From the NCBI GenBank assembly GCA_028534125.1, contig CM052817.1, forward strand, positions 91,080,001-91,144,000: 64,000 bases of DNA, written 5' to 3'. Below are positions 51,742-64,000 of this stretch, piece after piece. How positions within the stretch are numbered: position 1 is the stretch's first letter; every line of letters begins with the position of its first letter. Both the position numbers and the translations under genes were made by a program. The DNA comes from Lama glama. Its lineage: Eukaryota. The notes beneath the pieces are model-generated. The model searched no databases and had not been told where the DNA came from. It worked only from the letters and a program-made list of their open reading frames with translations.

Positions 51742-53505
51742 AAAACACTGCTTCATTCTGACTTGGGAGAAAATTATTTAACTTACCATCTTTCTTGGGA
51801 TTTAATTTCTAATCTGCATTCTAGAAAGTGACATCCTACTAATATCAAAATTACATCAACATAACAGGGCTGCTAAACTAATTTTAACTACCAACGAAGA
51901 TAATCAATAAGTAAAACAGGACATTGACTTTGATGACATACTGGGGAAGCCGCTGCACCAAGAATGTCCTGGATGTGAGTTGAACTCCTCATGAAATAAG
52001 AGGGAAACATTTCCATCTTCTTAACAAAAGAAGAGCCTCTAAAATATCGAAAGAGAAAAACCCTGCCAATGAACTTTTCAGGCTGATTCAGAACATTTGC
52101 GAAGTTGAGACACCTGAAGAGAAACATGTGACTCGGTTGATAGCATCCAGAAGTTTCCGTCCCACTTACAGCTCGTTGCTCGCTGACCCAAAGGTGAGGC
52201 TCTACCTACAAAGCCAGGCTGCATGCCAACTTGTACTGCCTCATTTTGTAAAGCTCGGCACTCTGAAGCGTAAATGTCCCTGCTTAACAAATGGTGAGCA
52301 ATTTAATCCACTGCATGCAGACAAGACCAAGGCCAAAGTCTAACAATAGCTCCCCTCTCCCTGAGTCCTTGAATTAGTGAATGTTATTACAAAAAGAAAA
52401 TATACTTTTATCTAGATTGCTACTTTTTCCCTCTGCTGTCTTCTGTGGCTTTGACTGTACGCTCACAGTTTGTAGTTAAATTGGACAATTACTGGGCGAG
52501 AGGTGAATAATTAATGAACAGTCACTGTATATGTTTGGGAAACTGTGACCCAATCATTGAACAGATAGCTGAACCACTAAAATAAATGACTTGTTCCACT
52601 CATTACCTGATCAGCATTTGTTTAGAGGTTCCTAGGTGCCCTATCAAAATTCTAATCAGTTCTATTTAAATTACATTTTTTGCACCGCATTGTTATAAAT
52701 GTTAATTTATGCCTAGAGTGGAACAGCTTTACTTCTTACCTCCTGAAGAAACGGATGAATAAAAACATACTTCTACAGGGCATAAAAGATTATCAAGAGT
52801 TCAATGACTATTGGAATTTGCACTTGCCAAAACACATCCTGAAACTCAGAGCTGAAGCTTTAGGAGACAACAGGACGTTTGAATCCTCCCACAACAAAGC
52901 TGTCCCTGTGAGGAGACAGAGGACTGTCACGGCAGCAGCTGTGTCCTCCACCAGGGACTTCCTGCCATTGGGGACAGCAGCAGCTTTGGGGGTAAGGAAG
53001 GAAAAGAAGGGAAAATTGATCCTGCCTGAGAATAATGATTCAGAAAATCTTAAAATTTTCAGAATTGTTTCAGAATCTCTGGGCAACTTCTCTGCATTGG
53101 GAGGAACTGCTCCAAAGCTGGTACCACATCTGCTTGTGCTGAGGATGTCCATTTCCACCAGCTTGCAGGAGGTGACCCAGTTACCATATCAAACGACAGC
53201 TCCACATCTCCTTTTACAATTAGTTTGGCCTCCAACCTCAGTACCAAAGCGTGGCTTGAGTCAATGAAAGAAGCTCCAGCCCAGAGGAGGCAGAAACACA
53301 GTTTTATTCTCTCTGATGTAAGAAGCCAGCCCAAAAAAAAAAAAAAAAAGAAGCCAGCCCAACTTGTATGGGTGGCCCAGACCATCCCTAAGTCATTTGG
53401 GATCTAAAAGACCTCAGAAGAGAATGAAGATCAAGAATGGTGTTTTAGAAATAGCTAGAATCTCCTAATGAGACCACATTAAAAGTCCTACTTGTAAAAC
53501 TACTT

Positions 53506-53675
53506 TGTGAGAGGGTGTAGCTCAGTGGTAGAGCACATGCTTAGCATGTACAAGGTCCTGGGTTCAATCCCCACTACCTCCACTAAGAATAAATAAATAA
53601 ATGACTAAAGCTAATTACTCCCCACACCAAAAAATATAAATAAACTTTTAAAAATTTAAATAAAAATTAAAAAAT
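53506..53675 (+). mobile_element. vic-1-type camelid SINE
   Basis: gagggtgtagctcagtggtagagcacatgcttagcatgtacaaggtcctgggttcaatcccc. TSD aaaactactt at 53496-53505 and 53676-53685. Confidence 0.93.
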
Positions 53676-54789
53676 AAAACTACTTGAATAACCAATGTTC
53701 CTCGCCCCTCCCAGGCCCTGCGTCTGTGGAAGTCAGTGAGCCTGCCATTACCCCACTTGGCATGGGAGGCATCAAACTCAGAATTCACTGCTGGAAGTTT
53801 TTTTTATAAGCCAAGGAATTACCTTGAGAGGATTGAATTTCCAAGCGCAAGTCAGCAGCTGCTGGGGAGGCCGAGGCCACCTCAATCATCCCGGCAGCAC
53901 GAGGCTCTCGAGTCTCTCATGGTGAGGCGGCGAGGCGAGCCCGGATCAGCCTGGCTTAGGGCTGCCTGGCCGGGGGCTGGAAAACACGGGTTCACACACG
54001 CGTTTAACCTCTTTAAAGCAGGGCAATGCGGCAGAGGCTTAAAACAAGGCTGGAACATTTTCTCGCTTATTATCACCTTGATAACCTGTTCTTGTAGCCA
54101 AGGAAGGGGTGTCAAAAGGAAGTGGGGTCTAGGGGGAGCACCAGGAGAGGAGGGGCAGGTCAGACCCTGAACAGGAGGAGAACAAGCTGCTGTTTTCTTG
54201 TTTTCTGAGAGCAGCTGGGAAAAGGGGAAGGAAGTTTGCTTTCTAAATATTTCTCCTTTTAAATAGAAGTGCTATTTTCCAGATCACTTAATGGGAAAGA
54301 GGAGAAGACAATTGCTTTCGCTCCTCTTCTGTGAAACCTAGTCATTAGTTTGGAAGCAAAATTTCTCTATGAAATACCTACGTGATGGTGGCATTTCTGG
54401 GCTATCTAAGGGTGGGAGAGAGAGTAGAGATGGAAGAAGCCAGGCAGAGCAGGAAGAGCTAGCTGTGTTTGGGTCCTTGTCAGGGAGAAGATGGTCATAA
54501 CCTGGGACAGAGAGTGGCTGCAAAGACTTCTGCTGGTGGGAGTGGTCCTCCAGGAGAGAGTGACCTGCGCCCCCTCCCACACCTTCCCAAGGAGAGCTAA
54601 AGAATCATGCCATGCCTTTCCATGGCTGAAACCAATCCTAAAAGGAGTCTTTTTAGGGAAATTAAAGTTGTACAGTAGTGTTTCTCAATCTTGTTTAAGT
54701 GATAATAATAATTGATTCCAATATTCATAAAAATCTCTCATCCTTCATTAAAGTGCTTTGAATGAACTCCAAATCAAAGCTATGTGATG

Positions 54790-55573
54790 GATAAAAGTCT
54801 ACAAATAACAAATGCTTGAGAGAGTGTGGAGAAAAGGGAACCCTCTTACACTGTTGGTGGGAATGTAAATTGGTGCCGCCACTATGGAGAACAGTAGAGA
54901 GGTTCCTTAAAAAACTAGAGTTACTACATGATCCAGCAATCCATTCCTGGGCATATATCTGGAAGAAACTCTATTTCAAAAATATACATGCACCCCAGTG
55001 TTCATAGCAGCAGTATTTACAATAGCCAAGACATGGAAACAACCTAAATATCCATCCGCAGATGACTGGATAAAGAAGCTGTGATATATTTATACAATGG
55101 AATACTACTCAGCCATAAAAAAGAAAGAATGCCATTTGCAGCAATATAGATGGACCTGGAGATTGTCATTCAAAGTGAAGTAAGTCAGAGAGAGAAAGAA
55201 AAATACCATATGATAGCACTCATATGTGGAATCTTTAAAAAATGATACAAATGAACTTATTTACAAACCAGAAATAGACTCACAGACATCAAAAACAAAC
55301 TTATGGTTACCAAAGGGGAAGGCAGGGGGAGGGATAAATTGGGAATTGGGAATTTGGAATTAACAGATACACATTACTATATATAATATAGAAAAACAAC
55401 AAGGTCCTACTGTATAGCACAGGGAAATGTATTCCATTGTAGTAACCTATAATGGAAAAGAATATGAAAAAGAATAGATATAGCTATAACTGAATCACTG
55501 CTGTACACCTGAAACATTGTAAATCAACTATACTTCAAAAATGTTTAATGCATAAAAAATGTTAAAAAAAAAA
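54790..55573 (+). mobile_element. 5'-truncated LINE-1
   Basis: ORF 54816-55007 gives [21 protein letters not shown] (L1 ORF2 Cys-rich C-terminus), followed by 3'UTR and poly-A. Confidence 0.96.
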
Positions 55574-56059
55574 AAAGCTACATGGTAGGAGTATGTTGTG
55601 TAAAAGCCCCTGTTTGTTATTCCTAACACCAGATGACTCTACAACCCACCTACCACGCTCCTGCTTGAGACGCTTAGTCCTTGATAATATTTCTGGTCAA
55701 ATCCTTGTTTATCACTTACATTTGAGTAATAGGATTTTAATTTTCTAATCTGAAAAAAGAGAATTAAGTCACCAGGGGAATATGTACTATCTACTTTATT
55801 CCTAAATTTTCAGATTGTGATGCTTGATCGCCATTGTGATTACCTTATTTTCATTGCAGGAATTTGCCATTAACTGAATGGCCACAATTTTCCTGACTAT
55901 TCAGGATAAATGATGCGGAGGTGTCACAAAATCGTGGTTACCATTGACTCCAGGCTGATAATTTGGCTTTCCATTTCAAAAGGTGATGGTCCCAATCAAA
56001 ATGGTGCTCGTGTCAGAAATATGGGACAAGACGTCAAATGAGAGGGCATATTCCATCTG

Positions 56060-56225
56060 TGAGGTGATTCACATTTTTAACATATCAGTTAAGCCTCCAA
56101 CCATATCAGTTATAAAAATACTGAACAAATCCAAAGGTAGAGTCTTGTGACATATCACTAGAGATCTTATTCCAGATTTAAATCAGTAATTCATCAACAT
56201 TACATATATCTTATTGTTCAGCCTT
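56060..56225 (-). mobile_element. CR1/L3 LINE RT fragment
   Basis: ataaaaatactgaacaaatccaaaggtagagtcttgtgacatatcactagagatctt is a decayed reverse complement of the SGVPQGSVLGP.LFNIFI block. Confidence 0.55.
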
Positions 56226-56234
56226 TTAGCAATT

Positions 56235-56595
56235 ACTGACAAGATGAAATGGAAGTGTGTATTTGTTAAACTTGAAGGTGGCACAAAACTGGGAGAAGCA
56301 GTTAATACTTCCTATTCCACATGATTCAAAAATTATAGCCAGGCTGGAGCAAGAGGGGAAATCTAATATGAGATATCACAGGAAAAAAGGTAGCCCTGCA
56401 CTTAGGTTCAAAAAGCCATTTTAGGTATGTTGTAGCAGCAATCATGTGAAAAATCAGCGAGGCTCTTACTTTGATAAAATCTGTATAAGCCAGTGTGATT
56501 TGGCTACCAAAAAATGCCAATTCTAGTTTAGATTAATAGGCATCTAGGCCAAACAAGAGATTAATAGTTCTGTGTTTGGTGGTCAACCATCACAC
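56235..56595 (+). mobile_element. CR1/L3 LINE RT fragment
   Basis: aaacttgaaggtggcacaaaactgggagaa (decayed KFADDTKLG), ccctgcacttaggttcaaaaa, agccagtgtgatttggctaccaaaaaatgccaa. Confidence 0.75.
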
Positions 56596-56614
56596 CATGA
56601 GGAAAAAGAAATTA

Positions 56615-56790
56615 GAACCATCACTTTGACCAGCTTTGTGAATGTGAACAAGTCATGCGGTTTAAGCCCTAGTGTTCTCCAGAACACTAGGAATATGGAA
56701 ATGGAAATAATACGAGCTGGCAAACAGAGTCCCACAAAATTGTTGTAATCATATGAGACAGTTTCCATTAAAGCATTCCGAAAATTCTGA
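56615..56790 (+). mobile_element. MIR fragment
   Basis: cactttgaccagctttgtgaatgtgaacaagtca...ttgttgtaatcatatgaga. Confidence 0.55.
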
Positions 56791-56810
56791 AGTATCATTG
56801 CACTGGACAT

Positions 56811-57300
56811 CTGTTGTTGGTTATCCCCAAACCACCCACCTCCTTCCAGTAGACGTTCTACTTTGGGGAACCTCCCTGTTACTATTCTTAGCTGTGTAGC
56901 AGGCCTTAATTGGCTGCGGCCACAGGAATTGGTTTAGGAACGGGCAAGTAGCCCATTCAAGGCCAAGGAGACAAGCAGGTTGTGCTATCGCTTCTGAAAA
57001 AAAGATGCTCTTGTTCCTTTACTGCATTTGGTCATACAAGAAGGTGGGTCTTGGGATAGCATCTTACTACCTGGGAAGGAGTCCACCTGAGGATGAGGCT
57101 GACACACAAGGAAGGCAGAAATGAAAGAGAAGAGAAACAAAAGCCCTCGTGTAATATTCAGGATCAGACCCTCGCCCCAGAGGAAGCCAGCACCCCTCTG
57201 GACTGTGCTGTATTCTAAGCCCACGTAGTCTATTCCCTTGTTTAAGTCACTTGAACAAGGTGTTTCTGTCACTGCAGCAGGAAGAGCCGTATGCTTGTGC
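56811..57300 (+). mobile_element. MLT1 (K/J-like) solo LTR
   Basis: attggtttaggaacgggcaagtagccca...ctgaggatgaggctgacacacaaggaaggcaga...cccctctggact...gtttaagtcacttgaacaaggtgtttctgtcactgcagc. Confidence 0.75.
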
Positions 57301-57934
57301 ATTCATTTAAGCACCTTGGAAACCCCAGTTATTCAAATATATGGGAAAACTAAATGGGAGAGTTTTCAAACGGTGATATCTATGTAATTTCAAGAAAAAT
57401 GAAGTCTATGTTTAGATTGGGTTAGACTGTTAAGATTGTCAGGTTCTTATGTCAGATTGTTATACTGCTATGCTACATTATGTTCCCTAATTATAGGCAA
57501 AAATGTCATTATTGACTATGCCTTGGATTCCAAGGCTTATATGAGGAAATGCACAAAAATTGTGTTCTAAAAAGAATTTTTTAGCCTTCTGCCTCTGGAA
57601 AAGCCATGTTTCCAGCCTCTACCATCTTGTCTTCCTTGTCTCCCTGCTGAGCTAATAGCCAGATCTCCAACTAAAACAGCAGTCCCCATCTCTGATTAAT
57701 GGGACCTTTCTCCCCACCTTTTTTAATGGCTTCCTCCCATTGCGATTTCAATCAGAACATTGCTGGGAATCCCTCCTGGTTTCTCTCCAGGACCACTTCT
57801 ATTGCCATTTTTTATATACTCTTCCTCAAAAAGAGAAAAGCGAAAGAAATGTCTCTACACTCCAAGGCTGAAATCAATGCGGAAGGTGAAGGAACGATAG
57901 CATTTTCTAGCCGTGAAGGGCTTAGAGCCATCTG

Positions 57935-58180
57935 CTGGTCCAGGAGTCGGCCAGGGACTAAATCCAGCCCACCTATAATCAGCCCACCTGATTTTTATTT
58001 ACAAGTGTTTTTGGAGATAAAATTTCATTTGAATTCAGCCATGCCTATTAGTTACATATTGTCTATGGCCACTTTCATGAGACGACGGGAGACTTGAGTA
58101 GTCAGACAAAGACTACAGGGCCCCCAAAACTAAAATATTTACAATCTGGCCCCTTATGGAAAACATTGGCAAACTTCTTA
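57935..58180. mobile_element. MER58A-like hAT MITE
   Basis: aaatccagcccacct...cagccatgcctattagttacatattgtctatggccacttt...aaaactaaaatatttacaatctggcccctta. Confidence 0.85.
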
Positions 58181-58559
58181 TATCGTCCAATCATTTCATT
58201 TTTAAAAAGACTCTTAGCCCAAAGGCTTAAGGGCTTAAAGTCTAGCTAATAGGAGATGAGAGGCCAAACCCAGCTTTGTCCCACATGGTGGCGTTTTTCT
58301 GTTCTACTTTCATCCACCTACTAGGTTACAGGTGTCTTGTGGGCAGGGATTGTGCCTCGTATTTCTGTGGTATCACAAACAACAGAGGCTGGATACTGAA
58401 GTCATCATTAAAACTAGTTAATAAATGCAAAGGGATTCAGAAAATAGGGGATGCCTTCAGAGATTTCTCTTCCATGTCAACCATCTCCCCTCGTGCCTCC
58501 ATAGCCTCCAAATTTTTGCAGCCACAAATAAGTCCTTTTCCCAGTGGACATCGAGCTTC

Positions 58560-58680
58560 TATCTGTCACATCATTTTTAAAATGACCTAACAGTATCCAC
58601 CTCCCAGAAAGGAGATAAAGCATGTAAAGCCCTTAGCACTGTGCTTGGCATACGTTAAACACTCAAAGAACAGTAGTTTC
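58560..58680 (+). mobile_element. MIR 3' fragment
   Basis: gagataaagcatgtaaagcccttagcactgtgcttggcatacgttaaacactcaa. Confidence 0.75.
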
Positions 58681-61600
58681 TTTACCATCATCGTCATCAT
58701 TATCAAAATGAAGATGCCCTGAGATAGAACTGGGTCCTGGGTGGAAGATGTAATTACTGAATTGAAGATTTCTCTTAGATCCTTCCACAAATAATTGGAA
58801 AAATGCAAGAAGGTGGGGTCCCCACACTTGATTTCTGCAAACAATTGAGTTCACATCCAATTGCCATCACCCAGAGAAGTCAGAGTGCAAGTGGGGGAAA
58901 CATTCTCCCAGATCCCAGCAGTATCTGTGGCATTGGAAGGAGAAAAGAAGATTCTTCCCCTGAGGCTAAGGCATTACAAATGAACTAAAGAAATAAACTA
59001 AGGAAAAACTTAGAGGTTTATCAAACAGCATGTGTATAGTGTGGATCCAACTGGGGTCAAGAACATTTGTCTGGATCCTCCCCACAATGGGAATGTCCTC
59101 CCTGATAGCAGGGGCGCCCCTCAGGCCACACGGGCCCCTGTCTCTGATGGCAGTAACTCTTCCTTTAGGTTTGATGGCAGTAACTCTCACTCAGTCAATA
59201 GGAATTTATTGTCATTGTTCAACTGCCTCCCATGTACATTGCATAAAAGACTTGTAACTATGGGCAACATATCTTTACCATCCACTCCATCCTTTTGCCA
59301 AAAACTTATGCTTATCATGTTATATTGTATCTCTGATAGTGCCTAATGTGGACAGCAGAAAGAAAAAATAAGCCTTCTAACCCCATGCCGATGGAAACAG
59401 CCAGGTCCTCCTCTTCCACCCCATCCCCCTTTCAAGTCTAAGATGGGAGATGTCAATCGCTCTTTAGATAAATGCCCCTTTAGAACCTAACAGGCATGCT
59501 GAGAGCAATGTGGGCCACCCTCTCCCCTATCCAATTTCTTTTTTTTTAATGCTAATTACAGGGAGTCAAGATTTTCCAGGATGGCTTAGCCCACGTGGGG
59601 AACCAAGCCCTCTCTGTGACCCTCTGTGACATGCTAAATTCATCTGCTCAGGCCTTGGCAGCCAGAAAGATGACTGGGGCTAAGTCACTAGGAAAATCCC
59701 ACATTTGGAGGGCCCTTCCCACCCCGGCTCCCACCCCTGCTGCCTCCATCTCTGCCTGTCATTTTGTTCTCTAAGAACTCAAACTGGGTGGCCGGACTGT
59801 TATTTTAAAAAAAAGTCTTTTAGTAGCGTCTCTACCCAGAACTGCCTCATCGCAATGATCCTCACCCAGCGAGGGAACTTCACATTGAGAATGGATATGG
59901 TTTGCAGCCAGCACCAAATGTCTCTCCTTCTGCCTTTCTTGTCTTCTGATCAATCAGAACATGTGAAACTCCCAAATGAAGAGTAAACACACGGCTCAGG
60001 TTCCTTTCATCTCCTAACATATGTCATGAAGGGGAAAAGAAAAAAAAAACCATTCCCAGCTTCAATCAGCCATCCGTTCTCAGCAACTTGAACCTTAAAC
60101 TGAAAGGGATGCGGGGGAGCTGGGAGGAGGGCGGACTCCTCGCAAGATAATAGGTATTCGCCGCATACCTGAGTCTTGGAGTCATTATCTCCCCTGGGAG
60201 CACTTCTGTATTTATATATAATGAGATCATTACCAGGCAGCTCTTCCAATTTTATTCAGACTTTAATATTTCTTGAAGGAAAAAAATAGCATACAAAAGG
60301 GTTTGTGATGCCAACTCAATCAGACGTGCTGTTGATGGGGAATTATTCAAGTGCAAGCCAGAACAGGAAAGAAAATAATTTCAGAGAGGTTTCTGTCAAA
60401 GCCGAGTTCTCCTGTGATGATGTTTCGAGTGAACGTGCCCAAGCGTCCAGAGGTGAGGAAGGAAACACAACAACTGACAGAAGAGAGGGCTGTGTGTAGA
60501 TAGGATTAAAAAACAGGCGTGTTCCAGCCTAACCCTTCCAGCAGGTAGGGCAGGGCCTCCTGCCAGGCCAGCTCCCACCCGGCATTCAGCAGGTAATTAG
60601 ACAAGGAAAGGGGCTTTACTCGCTGTCAGCCTCACGAGGAGCAGTCTTGTGTCGGAATTAACCCTTTTGTGGTATTGCCTCCTTTTGTGATTGAACTCGA
60701 GTGGCTAGTGAGGTGGGCCATCCTTCCTCCGTTTGCAACAAGCAGCATTCCTTTAAAGCAGGGACTTGCTCTCTCCCCATCCCTGGGGCCTCTTCAGGAA
60801 AGAGAATCCGGCAGGATTTGCTGCCCCTCTGTCCTCATGCATACAAAATGACTCGGCGTTCAGTGCCCCCGTGGATCAAATAATCTGGCTGAGGTTTAAT
60901 AAACCACACTTTGTCCATTTTCATCAAATTAGAAAATCAAATGAAAGAAATCAAATATCAAGACGGAGCAAAAAGGAATTCTCTGCGATAATCTAGAGGG
61001 TGCCTCGGGATTATTCCAAGTCTTGGGTGACAATTATGAAAACTGTTCATCACTGCCCAGCACCTTTAGAAATACTTTCTGCTGATGTGAGCTCTCTAGG
61101 TGTCTGAACTTTGGATGACTGTGAACTTATTCATTCATTTCTAGCATCTGTGGTTTAGCCTGAGATCAGAAATACAGGAGGAGGACCCTCTTGGCTCTTA
61201 GTCCTCAGTTCTGAGCTGCACATGGGGACAAGTGGGTAGAACAGGACCGAAGGCTTGTCGTCACAAGAAATGTGAAATTAAAGGGACCTGGGTCTTTTTA
61301 TGGTGATGGTAAAGCACCCATTATACTTTTCCTAACAGGCTAAACCACAATAGCATTGGAAGAAAATATACAAAGTATATCTGCTCTCCACTGGGCCCCC
61401 AAGCATGATTTCCGTGTAGAGCTGGTAGATGTTTTATTATTTTGTTATCCTGCCTTAAAGAGATACTTTGTCACGGTTACTAGTCCTGGTAAAATCGTTA
61501 AGACTAATTTATAGATCCTAGTCTTGGGGTGTATTCAACACTTAGAAATCAATTTGTAAGAGAAAGAAAGGGAGGGAGGATGGTGATCTCCTGTCTCTGT

Positions 61601-61845
61601 GAAATATAGCCAGCTCCACCATAACCTACCTCGTCTGGGCAAAGAACTGCATCAGAATCATCCTAAAAACTCTTGAACTTGAAAGAGACTTAAACAGGAA
61701 AATGGGAATAATTTTCTCTCTCTACCTAAGTCCATGTTAGCAAGTCATAGCAATCATTTGAAGATTTACTCCTTGAAAAGGAGAAGAATCAGCCCAATAA
61801 TTATTAAATTTCTATCCATTGTTCACTATTTGTTACCATACATGG

Positions 61846-61875
61846 GCTCGTGTGTGCTCGTGTGTGCTCGTGTGT
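61846..61875. repeat. 10-bp tandem repeat (gctcgtgtgt) x3
   Basis: Seen directly. Confidence 0.9.
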
Positions 61876-64000
61876 CTGTGGAGACAGAGAGATTTTCCAT
61901 TCACCATTAATATGGATTCTCCTGAGGAGTGTGACAACCCAACAGTGGTCCTCCATCTGCCTCCTTGTGCCTTTATCCACCCTTTGGTCTTCCCTCACAG
62001 ACTTCAAAGAAGAAAGGTCTCTTTTCTCAAAAACCACTGCCTCTCCAGCATCCTCAACCCAGTGTCCACTGGTCCTTTCCTTCTGTCATCAAATATGCTC
62101 ATGTTCCTCTTCTGTGGAAAATCGTCCCAAGCCTGGGTACCAAGAGACATGGGCTCCAGCCCCTGGCCTTCCACGCACTTGTGGTGCCACCAACAAGACT
62201 GGTAAGAGCATCATGTCCCCTCGAGCTATTTTCATGACTCGGCCTTGCTACTGCCTGCAAAGATTGCTTTATTTTAATACTTTCTTTAGTCAAACCTTCA
62301 TTACCTCACCATACATTCTCTCGTTAAACATCTAAAATATAGTTCTCCCACCCACCCACCACACCACTAAAACGACTCTTCAGGATCATCAAATCCAACC
62401 ATTGCCCAAACAAATCATCTATATGGACGCCTAATGCTTTAGACTTTTGGACAAAAAAATACCTGACATGATGGCAGGAAGCCCATTTCTCTGACTCCCC
62501 AAGGCTGACCTCCCACATTGTCTGTTCCTCTCTGGCTCGGCTCTGTCTGGTCCTGCCTGTCTGCTCGGGGGCACGTGGCTTTATTCATAACTGGGCAGCA
62601 GCTGTACGTGCGAGGGAGCCCAAGAGGAAGAGATGGCACTCTCCAAACCCACTGCCCCCACCACCTCCCTACACAGAGATCCCCTCCACACAAAATATGT
62701 GACTGAAGAGTCATCTCCTTAGGTTAAAGTCTTGTATCTCACAGCATCTTCTGTTTGAAAAGAAAATGCCTTTAAAAAGACTGTACAGTAGTTCATCACC
62801 TATTAATATGAAATTAATTTAGTAAACAATTAACTGTTACCTCAGAAATCAGAAAGTAGCACGTAGTATTCTATTGGGAGAAATAGAATATAAAATGAGT
62901 CCATTTTGAGCAAATGACAACTCTACTGTCTGGACAGACCAAAGTAAAGTCATGCCCAAGAAAACAGGTATATTTTAATACCTATAAAAATACTGTTCAT
63001 GTAATTAAAACATACAACATCTTCCATAATTGACAACTGGCAAGGTAATAGCCTTCTGACTCCCCAGAATGCTGATTGAAAATGACAAATTTAATGCCCT
63101 CCCCACCAAGAAAGTAAGGTGGATTCTGGGGAAGTTAATTATCAATATCAGTCTATGAAGGTCCTGAAATAATTTTATGGTTTACTGTCAGAAATATGAG
63201 AGAGAACTTTTCTTTTCTACTAAATGTTGTGGTGTCTTTTTAACTGTCCTCCCTGCCCTCTAACCAGGGAAACTTGGTCACAGGTTTCTGCTGAGACCAC
63301 AAGGACCTGATCCTTTTCCCCATAAACAGCTTCCTCTGCACACATGCTCTGTGGGGAACACTTAACCCTGTGTCACTGCTGTTGGTAAAGTCTTGGAGCC
63401 TCACCCTAATGATTAGCTCACTATCATTTAGACTGTTGTTGGCAATCACCGTGCTTTCTATAAAGCAACTGAGTGTTTATTTATCAGCATTCACTCCTTA
63501 ATTTTTGCAGCTGCCCAAGATGCTTCTTTTGTACAGTCCCAGAACCTAGGTCAGCGGATAGGAAATAAATTGTCATGATACTATATGTGAAAGGGGCCAA
63601 GATTAAATTTCTCTTTCCTCTGCCTGAAAGATGTACTCTGGTACTAGATTAATAAGTCTACACCTCCACCCTGGAGCAAAGTGCCACCTTTAATCATTTC
63701 CAGAAGTGGAGTGCCCGACCTTCCACTTGTTGGGTTCAGGAACAACCTGAGAAAGATCACCAGGCCGTGTCAAAGGCCAAAAACCCCTTGTCTCTGAAGA
63801 CCTTCTCCCCGGGAAGTATCTTAGGACTCAAAGCAAAGGTATAACCATCTGCTCTTCTACAGAGGGGAGAAAAACTGAAAACCCCTGGCGTTTATAATAA
63901 GGGAAACTGTGCAAATCATGCCAATATCAGAACCACACAGCACTTGCAAGTAATATCTATGATCTTATACACGAACATCACGAAATGAAATTCAAAGACA

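Noticed and set aside
52680..53267. 195-aa ORF
   Set aside because: Non-ATG start and no recognisable homology.
1..64000. CRISPR arrays, operons or other prokaryotic-style systems
   Set aside because: The sequence is mammalian non-coding DNA, with no repeat-spacer arrays or gene-dense regions.

Overview
This is non-coding mammalian genomic DNA, AT-rich, and very probably camelid (alpaca/llama/camel). It carries four tRNA-derived vic-1-type SINEs and young L1 3' ends, and I saw no ruminant, pig, carnivore or primate SINEs. I could not identify any protein-coding exon, RNA gene or known miRNA. The recognisable ORFs come from L1 ORF2 remnants, microsatellites or the N-gap, and the rest match nothing I know. 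A large part of the window is transposon debris: L1 of several ages (many with clear target-site duplications), L2, CR1/L3, MIR, MLT1 LTRs and hAT MERs. It reads like a long intron or gene desert. One 500-N scaffold gap has the same 199 bp on both sides, which is an assembly artefact. The best leads are modest and unproven: a repeat-poor block at about 14.4-20.3 kb with a minus-strand TATA box, a candidate 5-nt microexon and other splice signals; a dense WGATAA cluster at about 31.4-31.7 kb; and an L1 with a large internal deletion between intact TSDs. I found no support for a novel multi-gene biological system. Repeat subfamily names are from visual recognition, and boundaries of old repeats are approximate.
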